From NCBI GenBank assembly GCA_049724395.1, contig JAUGWO010000016.1, forward strand, positions 62,001 through 126,000: DNA of 64,000 nt. Reading direction: 5' to 3'. The stretch comes from Spongospora subterranea f. sp. subterranea. Its lineage: Eukaryota. The translations under genes were made by a program, and so were the position numbers. The notes under the pieces were generated by a model, which saw only the letters and a program-made list of their open reading frames with translations, searched no databases and was not told where the DNA came from. Positions 48,891 to 63,218 of this stretch are shown in pieces (the first letter of the stretch is position 1; the number at the start of each line of letters is the position of its first letter).

Positions 48891-51800
48891 ATGCACGATG
48901 AAATTCCGAAGACTTCTTCTCAATCAACAGAGGGACAAACGCCAGATGCTACACTCAGTTTGGAAGGCTTCACACCTCCAGTATATATTGAGTTCGGCCG
49001 CGTGGTGGTCAGTCAATACATTGTTTTTCCTTACTTCATCGGATCGCTAATTTGCACGATGACAGAGTGGAGTGCAGGTTTCCAAAATACTACGCATATG
49101 CAATCCAGCTCGGCAACCAGTTTCTGCTGAATTTGATCCATGGTCCGATAGTATGGTCGCCGTTAATATCGTACAGGTAACCTAGGCTGTTAACTGAGGT
49201 GTTGGTACTTAAAATTCGATATTGCTCTTAGTTTGATTTGGGCGAAGAAGGCGATTCAATGGATGTCACCATATCTTGGACACCATCAACAGGCAGCGCA
49301 GAGGGAGTTAACTGGCGTACCCCGCTATCTCTGAAATGTGGCAGCAGACAGAAGTTCAAAATTGTATTGACCGGTACCTCCATTATAGTTGCTCAAAAAC
49401 CCCCTCGCAAGAAATGGTCCCATAAAGCCGCTGTAATCAAAGAAAATCTTTCAGATGAGAATGTTTTGAAGAACGAGCGTCAATCTACTGCATGGATCGC
49501 AAATTTTGATGATGAAAGGTCACATACAGTTAGAAAGCCGCTAGAGGACGCCGTTAAACATCAGAAGAAGAAAGAAATACTATCGATGTCAAAACAAAAT
49601 TTTGTTCCTGGTGGTGCTAAATATAGTGCTGGCATCGTCCATAAAAAATTGTCAAAATCTAGCCTACAATCAGCCTCGAAAAAGCACCTCCTCGTTGATG
49701 CGTTTTCGAAGGTTACTAAAGATGATACGACGAAAAAACCGGAGATCCGTTTAAAGAACTTATCACAGTTTAGGCTCCCCTCGGATCAGAAAAAGGTAAC
49801 TATGTGTGGCTGCCTGATTTTATTGCGATCTGATTTTCGTAGAAAGAAAGTGCCGGTGCTGCGCCAGGATATCGCAGGCACCAGTTTTACGATGAAGAAT
49901 GGATTGATAAACAGGAGCGAGGTCTCGTAACATGGATCAACTTCGTTTTCAAGCAGCGGGAAAGCCCCGAAGCTTTCATGTTTGGTCAGTCTCTGTGGTG
50001 TTTTTGCATCATAAGCCAATTTTTGTTAATGCATAGATCGCGATACGAGTGGGCCTTACATAACCGTCAGCGAGCATAGATCCCATGCCCAATTGCTTCA
50101 AACTGCTTTCTTTTGCTACCATTCCGCGCCATCACAACAAATTATTCGCAATGTTGAACAAGTATGTACAGTAAAAAAAGTGACTCCCATTCTATCAATA
50201 ATATCACTGTTAGGCTATTTCGCTTGGACACATGCGAATTCGCGATGATATTCGAATGCTAAATGACTTAGGACTGCGCGACCGCTTCGTCAATCTACTC
50301 CTAATGTACAATCCCTCTTGGCTTGTATTGGCGTTGGAAACCGGTACCGCCATCTTTGTGCTTTAAGAGTAATTGTGCTTAGCATATTTTCAGTATATGG
50401 AGAATTGCTTCCCCGGACGACGTGTTTGAGGAGTTTCATACAGACTCGAATGTTATCCAATGACGAAGTTGACACTGAACATACGTAGGTCGAGCAACAA
50501 CTAAAAAAGGCAAGTGTGAAACGTTTGTTTTCTAGGTATCTTCGCACCCCTCAGGGTCAGCCGTTTTTTGACGAAACCCATCAGCAAGCCCTGCAAACGT
50601 TTACGTTAAAAAAATTCATGCAGACTGTCATCTTCTTAGATATCGCAAAATCACAAAGTTTGTTGTGTTGCAAACCTATTTTTGGAATGTATTGCCGAAA
50701 CTTCATTTTCTAGATATATATCCTACGTCGCCGTGTTTGTTTCTTGTCAGCTCTTGTCTGAAGTCAACTAAGGCTGTCATGACTGAATTCGCATCTTCTT
50801 TTATGGCATCTCAAGGCGATTTAGTTAAATCTGTTTCACAGATGTGCAAATATGACTGCATTGCTCACCAAGTTTGATCACCCTTACCTGAGTTTTATGT
50901 TGTCTGACGTGAGTTTCAGTCAGCAATTGACGAATACGATTTCTGTGTTCACAATCTCAGTAACGACTTGCGTGATGGTGTTCGATTGTGTGGTCTGGTT
51001 GATAAACCCGATCTGATGCAACAGGTTAGTAGTTGCAAAGGCTCGGGTTTGTATATCAAAACAATGTTTTAGGTTCTGCTACCCGCGATAAACAGAACTC
51101 GCAAAAAACACAACGTCTCGCTGGCGCTACGATCATTTGCGGAAATTGGGTTATCTACAATACAGGTGATTTCGTGGTTTTGCTTTCGTATTGCCGCTGA
51201 TTGGGTTTGGTTTTCCTAGTGCTCTGCAGACGACATCGTGGATGGCAATCTTCAACACATCATCTCATTTATGTGGCGAATTGTAATGCAAGTAACAATC
51301 CCATCTTTGATCAGTGTTCCCTCCTTATTCAACGAAATTCGACTCGTCCGAAAAGAAATGAAGCCCGCTCTCATGGACGAGCATTATGTGGAAATGTATC
51401 CAAATAACTTGCAATTACAGGTTCTCAACTTCACCAGTCTCGTTTTTTTATCGTTGAAATTGAATCTAAATCAGTATTTGCTACGGTGGTGTGCAACGAT
51501 CTGTGCAAAATACGACTTCACCGTTTCTAACTTTACCTCGTCTTTTGTCGGCGGTCGCGCCTTCGCTCTGATTATTCACTATTATTATCCTCAACTCATC
51601 AAACTTGAAGATATCAAGGATACGATACAGACGTTGCAACATCGTTTGAAAGTAACCGTGCTGCGCCCAATCTTAGGTTCGACATCAATTCGTTATTCTG
51701 TTTGTTCAGAATCAGTTGCCAATTGAGACCAGTGGCAATGGTCATGACGTCAGCTGGATGCAGTTTGTTTACTTGAATGCCCCGAAAGAAGAGGCAAGAA

Positions 51801-54800
51801 TACCTGCTGTCTAGTCACATGTCGCTTATTCAATTGTCAGGTTGATGTCGCCCTTGAAGGTGAACGTTCGAATGCCCGCCTTGTGGCTTCTGCAACAACA
51901 GTGTTGGGATCCATCCCTTCTTTTTTCCGAGATTCGGGTAAGGCTTCGGATTATTGAATTCATGCGCTAATCTCCTGTTTAGGAAAGATCTCCAAGCAAG
52001 GTGTATTTCCAGACGAGAAAGTTGTGATAACGTATCTTTCCTATCTCTGTGCTCGTTTACTAGTTTTGAGTAAAGAATCTCATGCTGCAAGGATACTTCA
52101 AAATGGTTGGCGAAATTTTCAACGACAACAAAAGTATATTTGCTCTCCTCTCAAGATATAACGAACTGAATGTCATTATAGTGCTTCTCGTGTCCCGGAT
52201 GCGGCACAGACCTTGTCCGCATCAATCAGATCTTACAATAATGTACACAATAATTTTTGCCTTGCATCTTTGCAGCTAAATTTTCAATCCAGGCTTCTTC
52301 GTTTTTGGCCTTCCGAAGAGCCACCGTTCCTCTACAGTCAATCATTTCGGTATATCTGCCTCAGTGTCTGGTATTTTCATTCCGAGGAAAGGTGTTGTTA
52401 TTGCAATCAGAAATTCGTACGTGGCTTGTTTTCTACCGTGAAACTGGCTTAATGTTTTGAGTTTAATAGGTACACGTCAAGCATATGCAGCGTTTCGGAA
52501 TGAAAAAGCTGCTGTTACAATTCAGTTATTTTTTCGAAAATATCGTCATCTGAATGCTACAAACACCTTACAAATTTTTGCTTCCTGTGTTTATAGTTAC
52601 ACCAAATTTCAACGAGTAATCTCTTTGAGACGGCGACGATCTGCGTCCGTTATTCATGCAGCCTATCAGAAACACCGTAATATGATTGCAATCAAAAGGC
52701 TCCATGCGATAAATGTTGTTTCATCCGCTCTTGAAACTCGTCGTTTATCTGAACTTTATGCTCGACGAATACTTCTGAAAAGACGAAACGCCGCCAGCTG
52801 TATTCAACAGTTTATGCGTCAATTCCTGGCCAAAAGGTTTCTTCGACGCAAGGAGGCTGTTCGGACTGTTCAGTGTGTTTTGCAAGGAATCATTGCCTTT
52901 CAAGGCTTCCAGCAGTGCTTGCATCAACGCAGATCCAAAGCTGCAACAACGATCCAACAAATATTCAAAACATTTCAAGCAAGGCTGCACGAAAAACGTC
53001 GTTGTGCCGTTGGTGTCATTTTTGTGTCAATTTTCGCTGTTCGAACTGTCGATCAGTTCAGTCAACTCCAGAAGTTACGAAAGCTTCGTTCTGCCGTTAT
53101 AATTCAGCGGTCTACAAGACTTCATCTGCAAAGAATCCGCGTTCGACGCATCACTGCCGCATGTAACTTGCAATCCTCGTTTTGGTCTTATTGTTCTGTC
53201 ACAAGTTTTCTACTGCAACTGCAATACCGTCGTGACGTAGCGGCACGTTTGATTCAGGTTGTATTGCGGCGGCATCAACAGCGTGTATATTCCCGGAAGG
53301 TAGCTGCCGCTGTTTCCCTTCAGGCATCCATGGCCTCTTGCAAGACAACGAAAATATTTAGTTCGTTACTGGTGCGGCGGAAAATCCGCTGTGCCAAAAC
53401 AATCCAGTCATCGTTCAAAAGGTATCAAGAAAATTTGTTCGTCAAAAGATCGCTTTCAAGTCAAATTATCCAGTCCTCATTCGCATCGTTACGGTGCTCT
53501 AAATGTTTTCGCGTTTTATTAGGGATGCGGAAACGCTACTCAGCCATCCAAATCCAGAAATGGTTCAGAAAACGCGCTCTTCGAATTCATCAGCATCGGG
53601 TTGCATCGGGTCTGGTAGTTCAATCGCTGATATCAACATTGAGGACCGTTGCCTTTTTCTCCCAAATTTTATACCGTCGCCGAGATCGTAGTTGCAGAAC
53701 TGTCCAAAACCGGGTCAGAGAATTTCTTCGCAAGAAGAAAGAAAGAACAGAATCCGATTCTATTTTGATTCAAGCCAGTCTTAGGGTCGCTATTGCAAAT
53801 GCCTCATTCAAACAATGTCTCAACATTAGACAACGTATCTCGGTAAAGAAAATTCAGTTCGTCTTCCGCAGGCACAGGGTGATTGAAGCCAACAAACGTA
53901 ACGCCTCATCGGCAATGTTGCAATCTGCTTTCAGTTCATATCATCGACGGATAATATTTCTCAAAGTTTTGCGTAATAAGCAAAATCGCGCGCTAAGGAT
54001 CGTTCAAGATGCTGTTCTGCGATATCAGAAAGTGGTGCATCATCGTCGTATTGTTGCAGCGCTAGCCATTCAATCTTTGTTCCAGCAACATCGGCTCAAG
54101 ACTTCAACCAAACGACTCTTCATATACAAGATTGGTCGTTCAGCGACAGTTATACAACGTCGCGTTAGGTTCCACCTCAACAGTATGCGAACCCTACGGT
54201 TAGTTGCGTCCATTTCACTTCAAGCGGGAATGTCAGCCCTGCATACGCGATCGATAGCTCTCCAAGTTTCTGAGTATCGCCGTTTGTGGGCTTCTCGCTT
54301 AATTTTCCGATGTATGTCTGCTTTCCATCACCGTCGTGTTGCTGCTGCAAAAACCGTCCAGACCACGATATCTGCGTACGTGTCTCATACACTTGTACAA
54401 GTGCTGCAGGGAATGAGACGTCACGCCAGCGCTCGACGCATTCAGTGTGCTACAAGAAGCTTCCTCTCTCAGTTGAGACAGCGCAGAGTAGCTGCCCTTC
54501 GTGTCGTCCAAGCATATTTTAACGGTCTATCATCAGAACTTTCATTCGGTCGCATTATAGGTTTCAGACGTGATATGTGTGCCTCTATAATTCAAAGGGC
54601 GCTTTTACGTCATCGAGATTTCTGTTTTCAGCGCCGACTCCTTGCTGTAAGCATAGTCCAGACAACGTTTTCTTCTTTGATTACCGCAACATCCGCCACA
54701 AAGATGCTGTTTTTTCAACAAACAATATGTGCGCGACGTATTCAGTTCGCCTTCCGTTCTCATCGTCTACGTATGGCCAAGCGTACTGCAGCAGCGTTAT

Positions 54801-56132
54801 TGCAAGTCCAGTCTGCAATATCTTGTTACTATACCGTACGAAGAACCGCACATTTGATTGGTCTTCGGCAACATTCTTGTGCAGCCGTTCTCCAACGTCG
54901 TTTCAAAGCAAGGGCAAATCTTCGAACTGAAAAAAAAGAAACAATTGTTGCGGCTTTGAATGCTGTCATTACGAGCAAGTCTGTTTTCCCTGGTATTCTG
55001 AAGTGCCGACGTGCGCTAGCTGCCACGGTTATACAGAAGTTTATAAGTCGACAAGTCCAAGCTGCCGCCCAGTCCAGATATATTTTGAAGGTCAACTCAA
55101 GCTCTTTGCTCCAATTATGCATCAAAAGTATGCCTCTGCATCAGTGTTCGATTTTTCGTAACTGAACAAAACTGTTTGCAGCGAATCGTTGCCACATTGA
55201 GTACCTTGAAAATCGGCGCAAGATCATATCTGTGCAATCGATGTGGCGAGGTCGTGCTGCCCGAATGCACGCATCTACTCTTGTTCAAGCGGCTTGTAAA
55301 CGGATTCTTGATGCGTCCACTCGTTGGTCTCCTGAACTTACTATTGGTTTCCGAACGCGGCAGGCTCTGGACATATTGCTCAAGTATGCATGGAAATTTC
55401 TTCTTTTGTCTTTTTTTCTAACTTTCGCAATTCTGTCAGCTCGACAAAGCTGGCTCCTATTACGCACGCCTGCCGAACTCTTGACACCGTGACAAGGACG
55501 CTTCCTGGATGCGCTGTTGATGCTGTTGATCAAAACGCGTAAGTCAAACCCACTATACGTTCAAACCAAATCGGTTTGTCTTATTTCTAATAGGGTTCCC
55601 GTTCTTTATGCGCTAATGAGGTTCGAATTTTGTTTCTGGTCAGTTGTTTCTCAAACGTTGGTTGTTTCAGAGGTCTTAATCGAAGCAAGCCCCACCTTGA
55701 ATTGTTAGGCTATACGCTGAATATACTCGGTATGATCAAGCGCATTGCCCTGCACTTCATTGAAACCCTTGGCTTTGTGTAGTAAATCTTTCGGAGATTT
55801 CAAGCACTCGCGTCCACGTATTTAGTGATCTTTCATGCGCTGAGGTGGTTCTTGAACTTATTCAGACGCAACGCGAAAACGGCGATTTGTTCATTAAAGC
55901 GTGCAATCTGCTGACGACAGGGTGCCAATATCCACCATTCGTGACTGTCCTGCAAGGGTCAATAAAGCGACTCAGCTCAATTCACGCTTTGCTTTCAAGA
56001 AAGCTTGAAATGCAAGTGCGATATCAACCTCCTAACGGAACGCATACAAAGCAACTGAACATGCTCAAACGGTCCGTCCGATCGCTAGAAGTTCTGCAAA
56101 CGCGTATACGGCCAACATCAGCCGCCGGCTAA
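48891..56132 (+). CDS. ASPM: Abnormal spindle / ASPM homologue (ASH, CH domains, long IQ array, C-terminal helical region), multi-exon
   Basis: [85 protein letters not shown] and [25 protein letters not shown], followed by an exon of about 900 aa of IQ repeats. Confidence 0.92.
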
Positions 56133-56791
56133 ATTCAAGTTTTATCTACCGAAATTCAAATAAATTTTTTCATCTGTTTAATGTCCATCTTGAAATAAAT
56201 AATAATACCACCTCAGTACAAACGTGTTTTCATCATGCGCAGAAATTTGGAGTGGCCGCGATGCTTGACGCTTCCTTTGTTTAAAGTTGAAGCGCTTTAA
56301 CTGCAGTGTAAGGTGTAGGCATGACTGCAGGACAGAGAGGGCAGAATGCATCATATACGGTCTCCTCTCCGTTTGGGGGAACCCTTATCCGTTGTAGTTT
56401 CTTGATTTGCGGGATTTGACAATCAGCATTGAGTCAGTCTGCACAAGGCGACGTAGATGAGGTAAATGATCAACCGCGGCTACATGCTCCTAGCAACGCA
56501 AGTCGAGGTGCTGTCTACGACAGATTCAGATTACTGACGCTGAATACGAACAAAGATTTTGTTGGGGTAGATTCTAGGTGAGGTATATTGAAGAACAATG
56601 ATCAGGAACTGATATCCATTCTAGAAGCAGACCCATTACGGCAGTTGTCGGATCGAAAGTAAAACGGAGTAGTAATAATAATGGTTTGTGGCTGTATATA
56701 ATATATATAGATGGGCGCTGCGTGGTTTCCTGGTTTGAACAGGTCACAGCTTTGCTTAAATACAAAATAAATGCAATATGTACATCGGGAA

Positions 56792-59194
56792 TTAATCCCA
56801 CGCTTCTGCCATATATTTCCCTTGATGAATCTTGTTCTCCATAACCTCAATAGCTTGAGCTCGCGATAAACCTCCAGTGCGTCCAAGGATATCGGATATG
56901 AAGCACTCAAACACAGCAGTTGCCATCTGAAACAACTTCATCGATAACAGTTCTAACGGGAAGTTTTGACAAACCGATAATGTGCCGCAGACGTAGAAAA
57001 TCGCGTTGGAACTGATCAGACCAGCGACTTCTTCCGAGCGAGCTTTTAACGCATCCTAAATTTTCCTCAGTCACTATTGTCAGCATGTGCAGATTGATAC
57101 TACCTGTACGTATCGATATGGATGGGAATCAATTCGAGAAAAAGCTAAATCGATGCGTGTGATTGCTTGCGAAGTTTCCCATTCGCGCTGATACAGAAAT
57201 TCATCCTTGTTGTCGCGGAAACCGAAAAAGAGGAAGACTTGTCTAGAACCTGAAAACGGATGAGGGATTGAGATAAAGAATGATGTACCTTGACGTACCT
57301 TCTGGTAGATGTTGCAAAAACGACCGAAAAGGCGCAACACCAACGCCACATCCAATCATTACCAAAGACGGCAACCTAATTAATACGAAAATATTGGCAA
57401 CCATCGTAAACACAAATGTTTCGACCTGTCAAGAGGGGGCAAACGCAATTGTCTATTGTGGCGAATAAATAGTGGTATTTTGAAAAGAGAAGACGAATCC
57501 GTGCAACGACCCAAATGACACGTCTCCAGCCAATAGGTACATAAACCCCGGAACGACGAACACGAGGGAACTAATTGTTTTGCGTGCTCACTTATCGCGA
57601 CCTGACAAATTACTTTTCAAAACGAGACAGGTATTGATGATCGATTAAACATACCGTAAGATGAACTGTGCTAGGATGGCGAAACGGAGATGATGCAATA
57701 GAGTAATATCGCAGCGCTAGGGGCGGAAGTAAATCGCATAATTCATTGGCAGTTGGCCGGGCAGAGGAGTATTGTGCAAAAATGTCAGTGATCTTGACAG
57801 GAAAACGGATCAAAACCACGAATTGCTGAAACAATCCTGCTTACATTCGTGAAGTTTTCCCTTAATCGCTCCATGGGGACGGATAGTAAAGCAGTTGATT
57901 CTTCAAGTGAAGCTAATCTAAAATGACCACGGATTAACAAGGGCACGCTACAATACTGACAATTATTACTTTGCGACTGCAGCAATAACAACTTTGGAAG
58001 GAAGTGAACATATATCTAGATAATACGTCAGAGCCCATTGTAGCGTGCAGCTACACGATAAAGACGAGACAGATACAACTACATCCCCATCGAGCGACAA
58101 CTACGTTTCATCAGTAAAAAGATATCGATGAGATTAAAAGAGAACCGAAAAAGCTTACAGTATTCAATAACGACCTAACGATATTGCCTGGATTTGCGCA
58201 AGGAATTGCAACGCAGTCGCCCGGTTCATAGCTGCACTCAGGTGGAACCTTCAACTCTATATGCAGAACACGCCTGTTTAGCGACTTACACATGTAGTCA
58301 CTATGGACCAGAGTCGCCTCATGAACATCTGGTCCATATAATATTCTCGCCGCCATAACAGAGTTCGAGCTTGAAAACGGAGATACATCCGAGATGCTTG
58401 ACTGATACCGATCAGGATGATATGAGCATCTGAAATGGATTATTAAACATTATTCAACATTGATTGTGCATAGAAAACAGACGATTTCTGGCAACATTGA
58501 TCCGGAGTCGCGTTACAAGATTCAATTGCAGTAAACGACTCTTCAATGTCAGTCGAATGTGGATGTGCACGCTCAAATAGGTTAATTAAATTACGAATCC
58601 AAATATCAACAGATATCTGAGACAAATCCCAGGTCAATCCATTGTGATATAAGATCTACTGCACAAATCACCTGTCTTTGATCTTCATCAGCAGAATCCG
58701 CTTCTAAAGCAACACACAGACGTTTGGCCCCAAAATCGCGAAGCCTTACGTCAATTTTTTTGGAAAACCCGCAAAAATTGGACCATTGAGAATGACCTAC
58801 GCCAAGAACAGCGTAGGAAGTATCTGAAAAAATGTTCGACGTGCTACAGCTATCCAAATATTGGTCGAATTTAACGGCATTCTCAGGCGGCCCGCCCATC
58901 AAAAACGAACTGCAAACAAATATGACAGTCGATGGTCGCCGGGACATGAAAAACTCGAACTGGTTTAAGCATCCGAGATTGGCAGATATAGAAGATTCAC
59001 GAAAAGCGCCGAGCAATTGACGGGCGATCACTGAGATCGATGGCGATAATTAGAGATGAATGAGAGGAGTGACCATATACAATACTTAATGACACTCCTG
59101 TCTGCGATCCAAACAATATCAATACAGTGTCGTGGAGCCTTTCGAGACCAGTCATCAGTTCCCGGCAGGTGGAGGTTGCACCCGATTCTCCCAT
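56792..59194 (-). CDS. Diflavin (FMN/FAD/NADPH) oxidoreductase, methionine synthase reductase/CPR family, multi-exon
   Basis: ILFGSQTG, GPPENAVKF, YAVLGVGHSQWSNFC, HIEL..YEPGD, LPPLALRYYSIASSP, MIGCGVGVAPF, LFFGFR, AFSR..YVQ, FYVCG and GKYMAEAWD*. Confidence 0.85.
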
Positions 59195-60399
59195 AGCATT
59201 GAGCCAGGTCGCCTGCGCAGCGTCGATACTTGCTATCCAACCAGAACGCCGACGAGCTGGACTCGGTTTCTGGTGGTCAAACCTCACCCAGAACCGCCCT
59301 TTCTGTTTACAATGATATACGGAATGAAACAGAGAAAAGAGTTTTTCCCCAGTTGAACACAGCGCAGAAATAAAGTGCGGAGCCAATTTTGTTCGAGAAA
59401 CGGAATACGCTTCGTACACGAGCTACCTCACGATCTCATGCACATTTGCGACTGTGTGAACTGAAATCTGCGACTGTCCCGAGATGACAACCTGCCCACA
59501 GCCTGTGACGAGTAGCACCACCACCACCCACCACTGCCGCCCTGTGACGGGCCAACTACACGCTGGTGACGCTGTCGAAATATCTGGAATGGCAATGGAT
59601 GAATTATCGCAGTGTTGGCTGACCCGTGGCGGACGTTCCGTATTTTCAGAACAACGAGTCAATTCTCTGCAGCTCGTTTTGAACCAGACATCTCTGAACA
59701 GACCAACATGGCCCAAACCGAGGGCTGAGAGAGGCCTCGCACGCTTATGTGGACCATATTGGGTTGGACAATGCTGTAAACGATTTAACCTATCCACGTT
59801 GCTGCATTTTGACGTCTGGTCATTATATGATCAAGGGAGGCAATGAGCCGCTTCAAAAAATACTTGTAATTTTGAAGTCCAATACTGGCCAGATACAACA
59901 ACAGACCCTATCCCATCAAGTTGAATGGGTCACCATCACCTTACGTGATGATTACTTGAACTGTCGACACCAAACCAATTCGTTCCAAAAAAATCTAGTA
60001 CGAAAAAATGATTACGGGGCCACAAGTTTCTACAGCAATTGCGTTATTGTTAAAGGTACTCCTCGCTTTGGGCAATAGAATCGGAACCAGCACACTCAAG
60101 GTCGTCGTGCATCCTGGGATTTCTTCTGCTTTGTTGCCCAACAACGCACCACTATGGCTGGGGGACCCCGCCGGATACTGCAGTTTCCGCAAACAGTTTC
60201 TGCCAACAAATAAATTATCACACTTGTCTATGAAACTGGGACATCCAAAACTGAAAAAACGTTAATGTGAAAACCAGACTCTGTTTTCTGTTTGTTTTTT
60301 TGTGGCGCCGTGCCGTGCCGTTGCCGTTAAGGTATTGGACGCTGACACTTGTTTGCAGAATGAAGTAAAACTGGTTCAGGGAGAATCTCTGACTGGAGT

Positions 60400-61874
60400 C
60401 CCATACACGTTATGAATCCTGGCTCAATGTTGGCGTTGAACCAGAACAGGACGGATGCTGATGATATCGTCCGAAATCACCTGCAGTATTGCTTGTCGCC
60501 CACCTTCGACCTTCAATGCGCCACGAACTCCTTGAGCTTACCGAACACACCGGAAATACACCTGCTTTTGTCATCGATGATGGTGACGAAGTACTTGGCG
60601 CCATTCATACCCGCCACTTCAGAGGGGTCCGCAAACTTCGGAATGAATTGTCTCGCCCACCGATTGAGACTTGATTATCGGTCCTTTGCGACAACGATTT
60701 TCTTGGTAGTTGGCTGATGATGCTTGAACTACTCATGGTTTGATTCTGGGTCTTCCCATTGGCAATCCAAGTGTCCTTCGCCGCGTACATGTTCCCTGAT
60801 CGCATCATGGTCAACACGCCCAAGCCTTCGGTGACACACTTCAAGGCTCGCCTTAAGTCGCAATTCTTGTCGTCGCTGCCGTTTGTCCTCCCTGCTTTGA
60901 CTCGAGCCCCCTCTGCTGACGTCCAGGTGAACCATCAGCCCATCGCGCGGACCCATGGCGACGACTTGACCCTTGTCGACACCGTTGCCCAGCGCGCTGA
61001 CAGGGGCTCGAGTCAAAGGAGGAAGGATATACAGCAGGACGACAAGAGTTGCGACCAATTCCGAAGGCGAGCCGTGACGTGTGCCATTGGGCATCTTCGC
61101 CATTACGCGATAAAAAAACATCCACGACCGAGGACACTTGATTGCCACTGGGAAGGCCCCAAATCCAATCCATGTAATTCAGAGGCGATAAAGGACGAGA
61201 CAGGTAATCGGCGAACACCGCCAGCTCGATGGGGCAGCTGGTTTAGTATCAAGACGATGAGATGTCCACTTCACCTATTTTCGCATTCATGATCCGGCTG
61301 ATTCGCCATGTTCTTAACATTATTACAAGGACAACGGTAGTCATTATCGGGAAGTCGTTCAATTATACGTTCTCCAGCTCCCTCCTGCGACGTCGGTTGT
61401 TGCCTCTGGAGTTGCCGACATATGATTTCAGAACGTGCCACGCTTTCCTGGAAGAGCGGTTCTCGACAATCGTGATTTTCTTGGTTTTCGTCGATGCACT
61501 TGACAATCTAAGTCATCACCAGTTGCGACCGCCTCCGGTAGTCCTCTTTCTGATCAGGGCTGTAAAGGGCTCCGTTTCAGATCCCTCAATGATCTTCATG
61601 ACGCCGTACCTGTCGGCCGCCAGTAGGAATTCCCACGACCACAGCAACCAGCTGTCGTCCGATAACCTATTCCGGGAGAACTTCCCCACCGATGACTGCA
61701 CCGTCGTCATGACCATACTCGCCTCGTGATCCTTTATGTCTCCAGCTCGGCCGCCGCTTGCGTCGTCTGGGTCCATAACCCTTCGTAATGGAGACTTTAA
61801 CAAGTCCAATCGATTAGCAGTTTATTCATTTTGAATATATGGGGCTCAGGAGAGAGCGCCTATGAGGCCTGTCA
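60400..61874 (-). mobile_element. Degenerate, truncated Ty1/copia LTR retrotransposon (PBS, gag, protease, GAG-pre-integrase, integrase start)
   Basis: In copia order: PBS GGTTATGGACCCAG at 61767-61780 (-), gag WLLWSWEFLLAADRYGVMKIIEGSETEP and SSRKAWHVLK..RRELEN, then ASLEVCHRRLGRVD and integrase GAKYFVTIIDDKSR. No RT seen. Confidence 0.85.
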
Positions 61875-62260
61875 TTGGATGCTATGCCCGGAGCTGTTGC
61901 TCCAATTGCGATCATCGCTGATTGTATCAGGAGAGGACACGATCAGTCGACAATCAATGTGATGACGTACAGGAATTGCGAACGATTATCAGCGAACTAC
62001 TTCCGACAGCAATCACAATTGTTCGACGGATATGCTCAACGACACAATGATTCGACAGTGAACGTGGACGATGGTGATAAGCTGTCGTCGACAACGCCAA
62101 CCATGGAATGATAATCGTGCCGGACGGGTTTACCCTTGATCTCCGGAGTCCGTGACAGCCATCTGTTCGTTACAGTAGCAGTAGTAACACACCTGATTCT
62201 GCCCAGCTCCTATATTGCAGTCATTCGTCATCGACCGCGCCGGCAACTCCATCAGGCTCC

Positions 62261-63218
62261 ATGGCCAGCGCCGTCCGTAATTTCGCAGGCCCCAGCGCCG
62301 GATTGCCCCGTCTGGCGACAATTCTATTGGGCGGTGGCGCTATCGTATACGGTGGATATAACTCCCTATTCACCGTAGATGGTGGTCATCGTGCCGTCAT
62401 GTACAATCGTATTGTCGGTGTTAAAGACACCATCTATCCCGAAGGAACTCATATTATGCTCCCTTGGTTCGAGACCCCGACCATCTTTGACGTTCGTACA
62501 AAGCCCAAGAAAATCTCGTCCCCGACTGGAACGAAAGACATGCAAATGGTTCAAATTTCCCTCAGGTAATCAGCTCTTGCTGCACGAAGAGGGTTGTAAC
62601 TGATTTATTTGTTAGAGTTCTGTACAAACCCGACGTCGCCGCTCTTCCGACCATTTTCCGACGTTTTGGTTCCGATTACGATGATCGTATCTTACCGTCG
62701 ATTGTCAACGAGACTTTGAAAGCGGTTATCGCTCAGTATAACGCGGCTCAGCTGATCACAAAACGTGAGGAGGTTTCAAGAGAGATCAGAAATCACTTGC
62801 AGAAACGTGCCAAGGTTATGAATTCGTTTTCTTTTTTCCTGTTTGTTCCTAATTCTGCCCCGATGCTATTTAGGACTTTTACATCCTTCTTGATGACGTG
62901 TCGATTACTCACCTTAGCTTCGGTGCTGAATACACGGCCGCCGTTGAGTCCAAACAGGTTGCTCAACAAGAAGCAGAGCGCGCCAAATTCATTGTGGAGC
63001 GCGCGCTTCAGGACAAGCGATCCACCGTCATTCATGCTCAAGGAGAAGCGCAAAGCGCGCAGATGATCGGCAAAGCGTTGTCGTCCAACCCGGGTTTCGT
63101 TGAGCTACGTCGTATGGAAGCTGCAAGGAAGATTTCAGCGTCGTTGGCGGCTTCACCTAACAAAGTCTATCTCTCCGCAGAGACGCTTCTGTTAAACCTG
63201 GGGCGGCGCGCCTCATGA
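62261..63218 (+). CDS. PHB2: Prohibitin 2 (SPFH/Band 7), 3 exons
   Basis: [93 protein letters not shown]. Confidence 0.93.

Noticed and set aside
60000..60200. VSGGVPQ on the minus strand resembles the LINE RT GVPQG motif
   Set aside because: It is followed by a stop, and no YADD or other RT motif is nearby.
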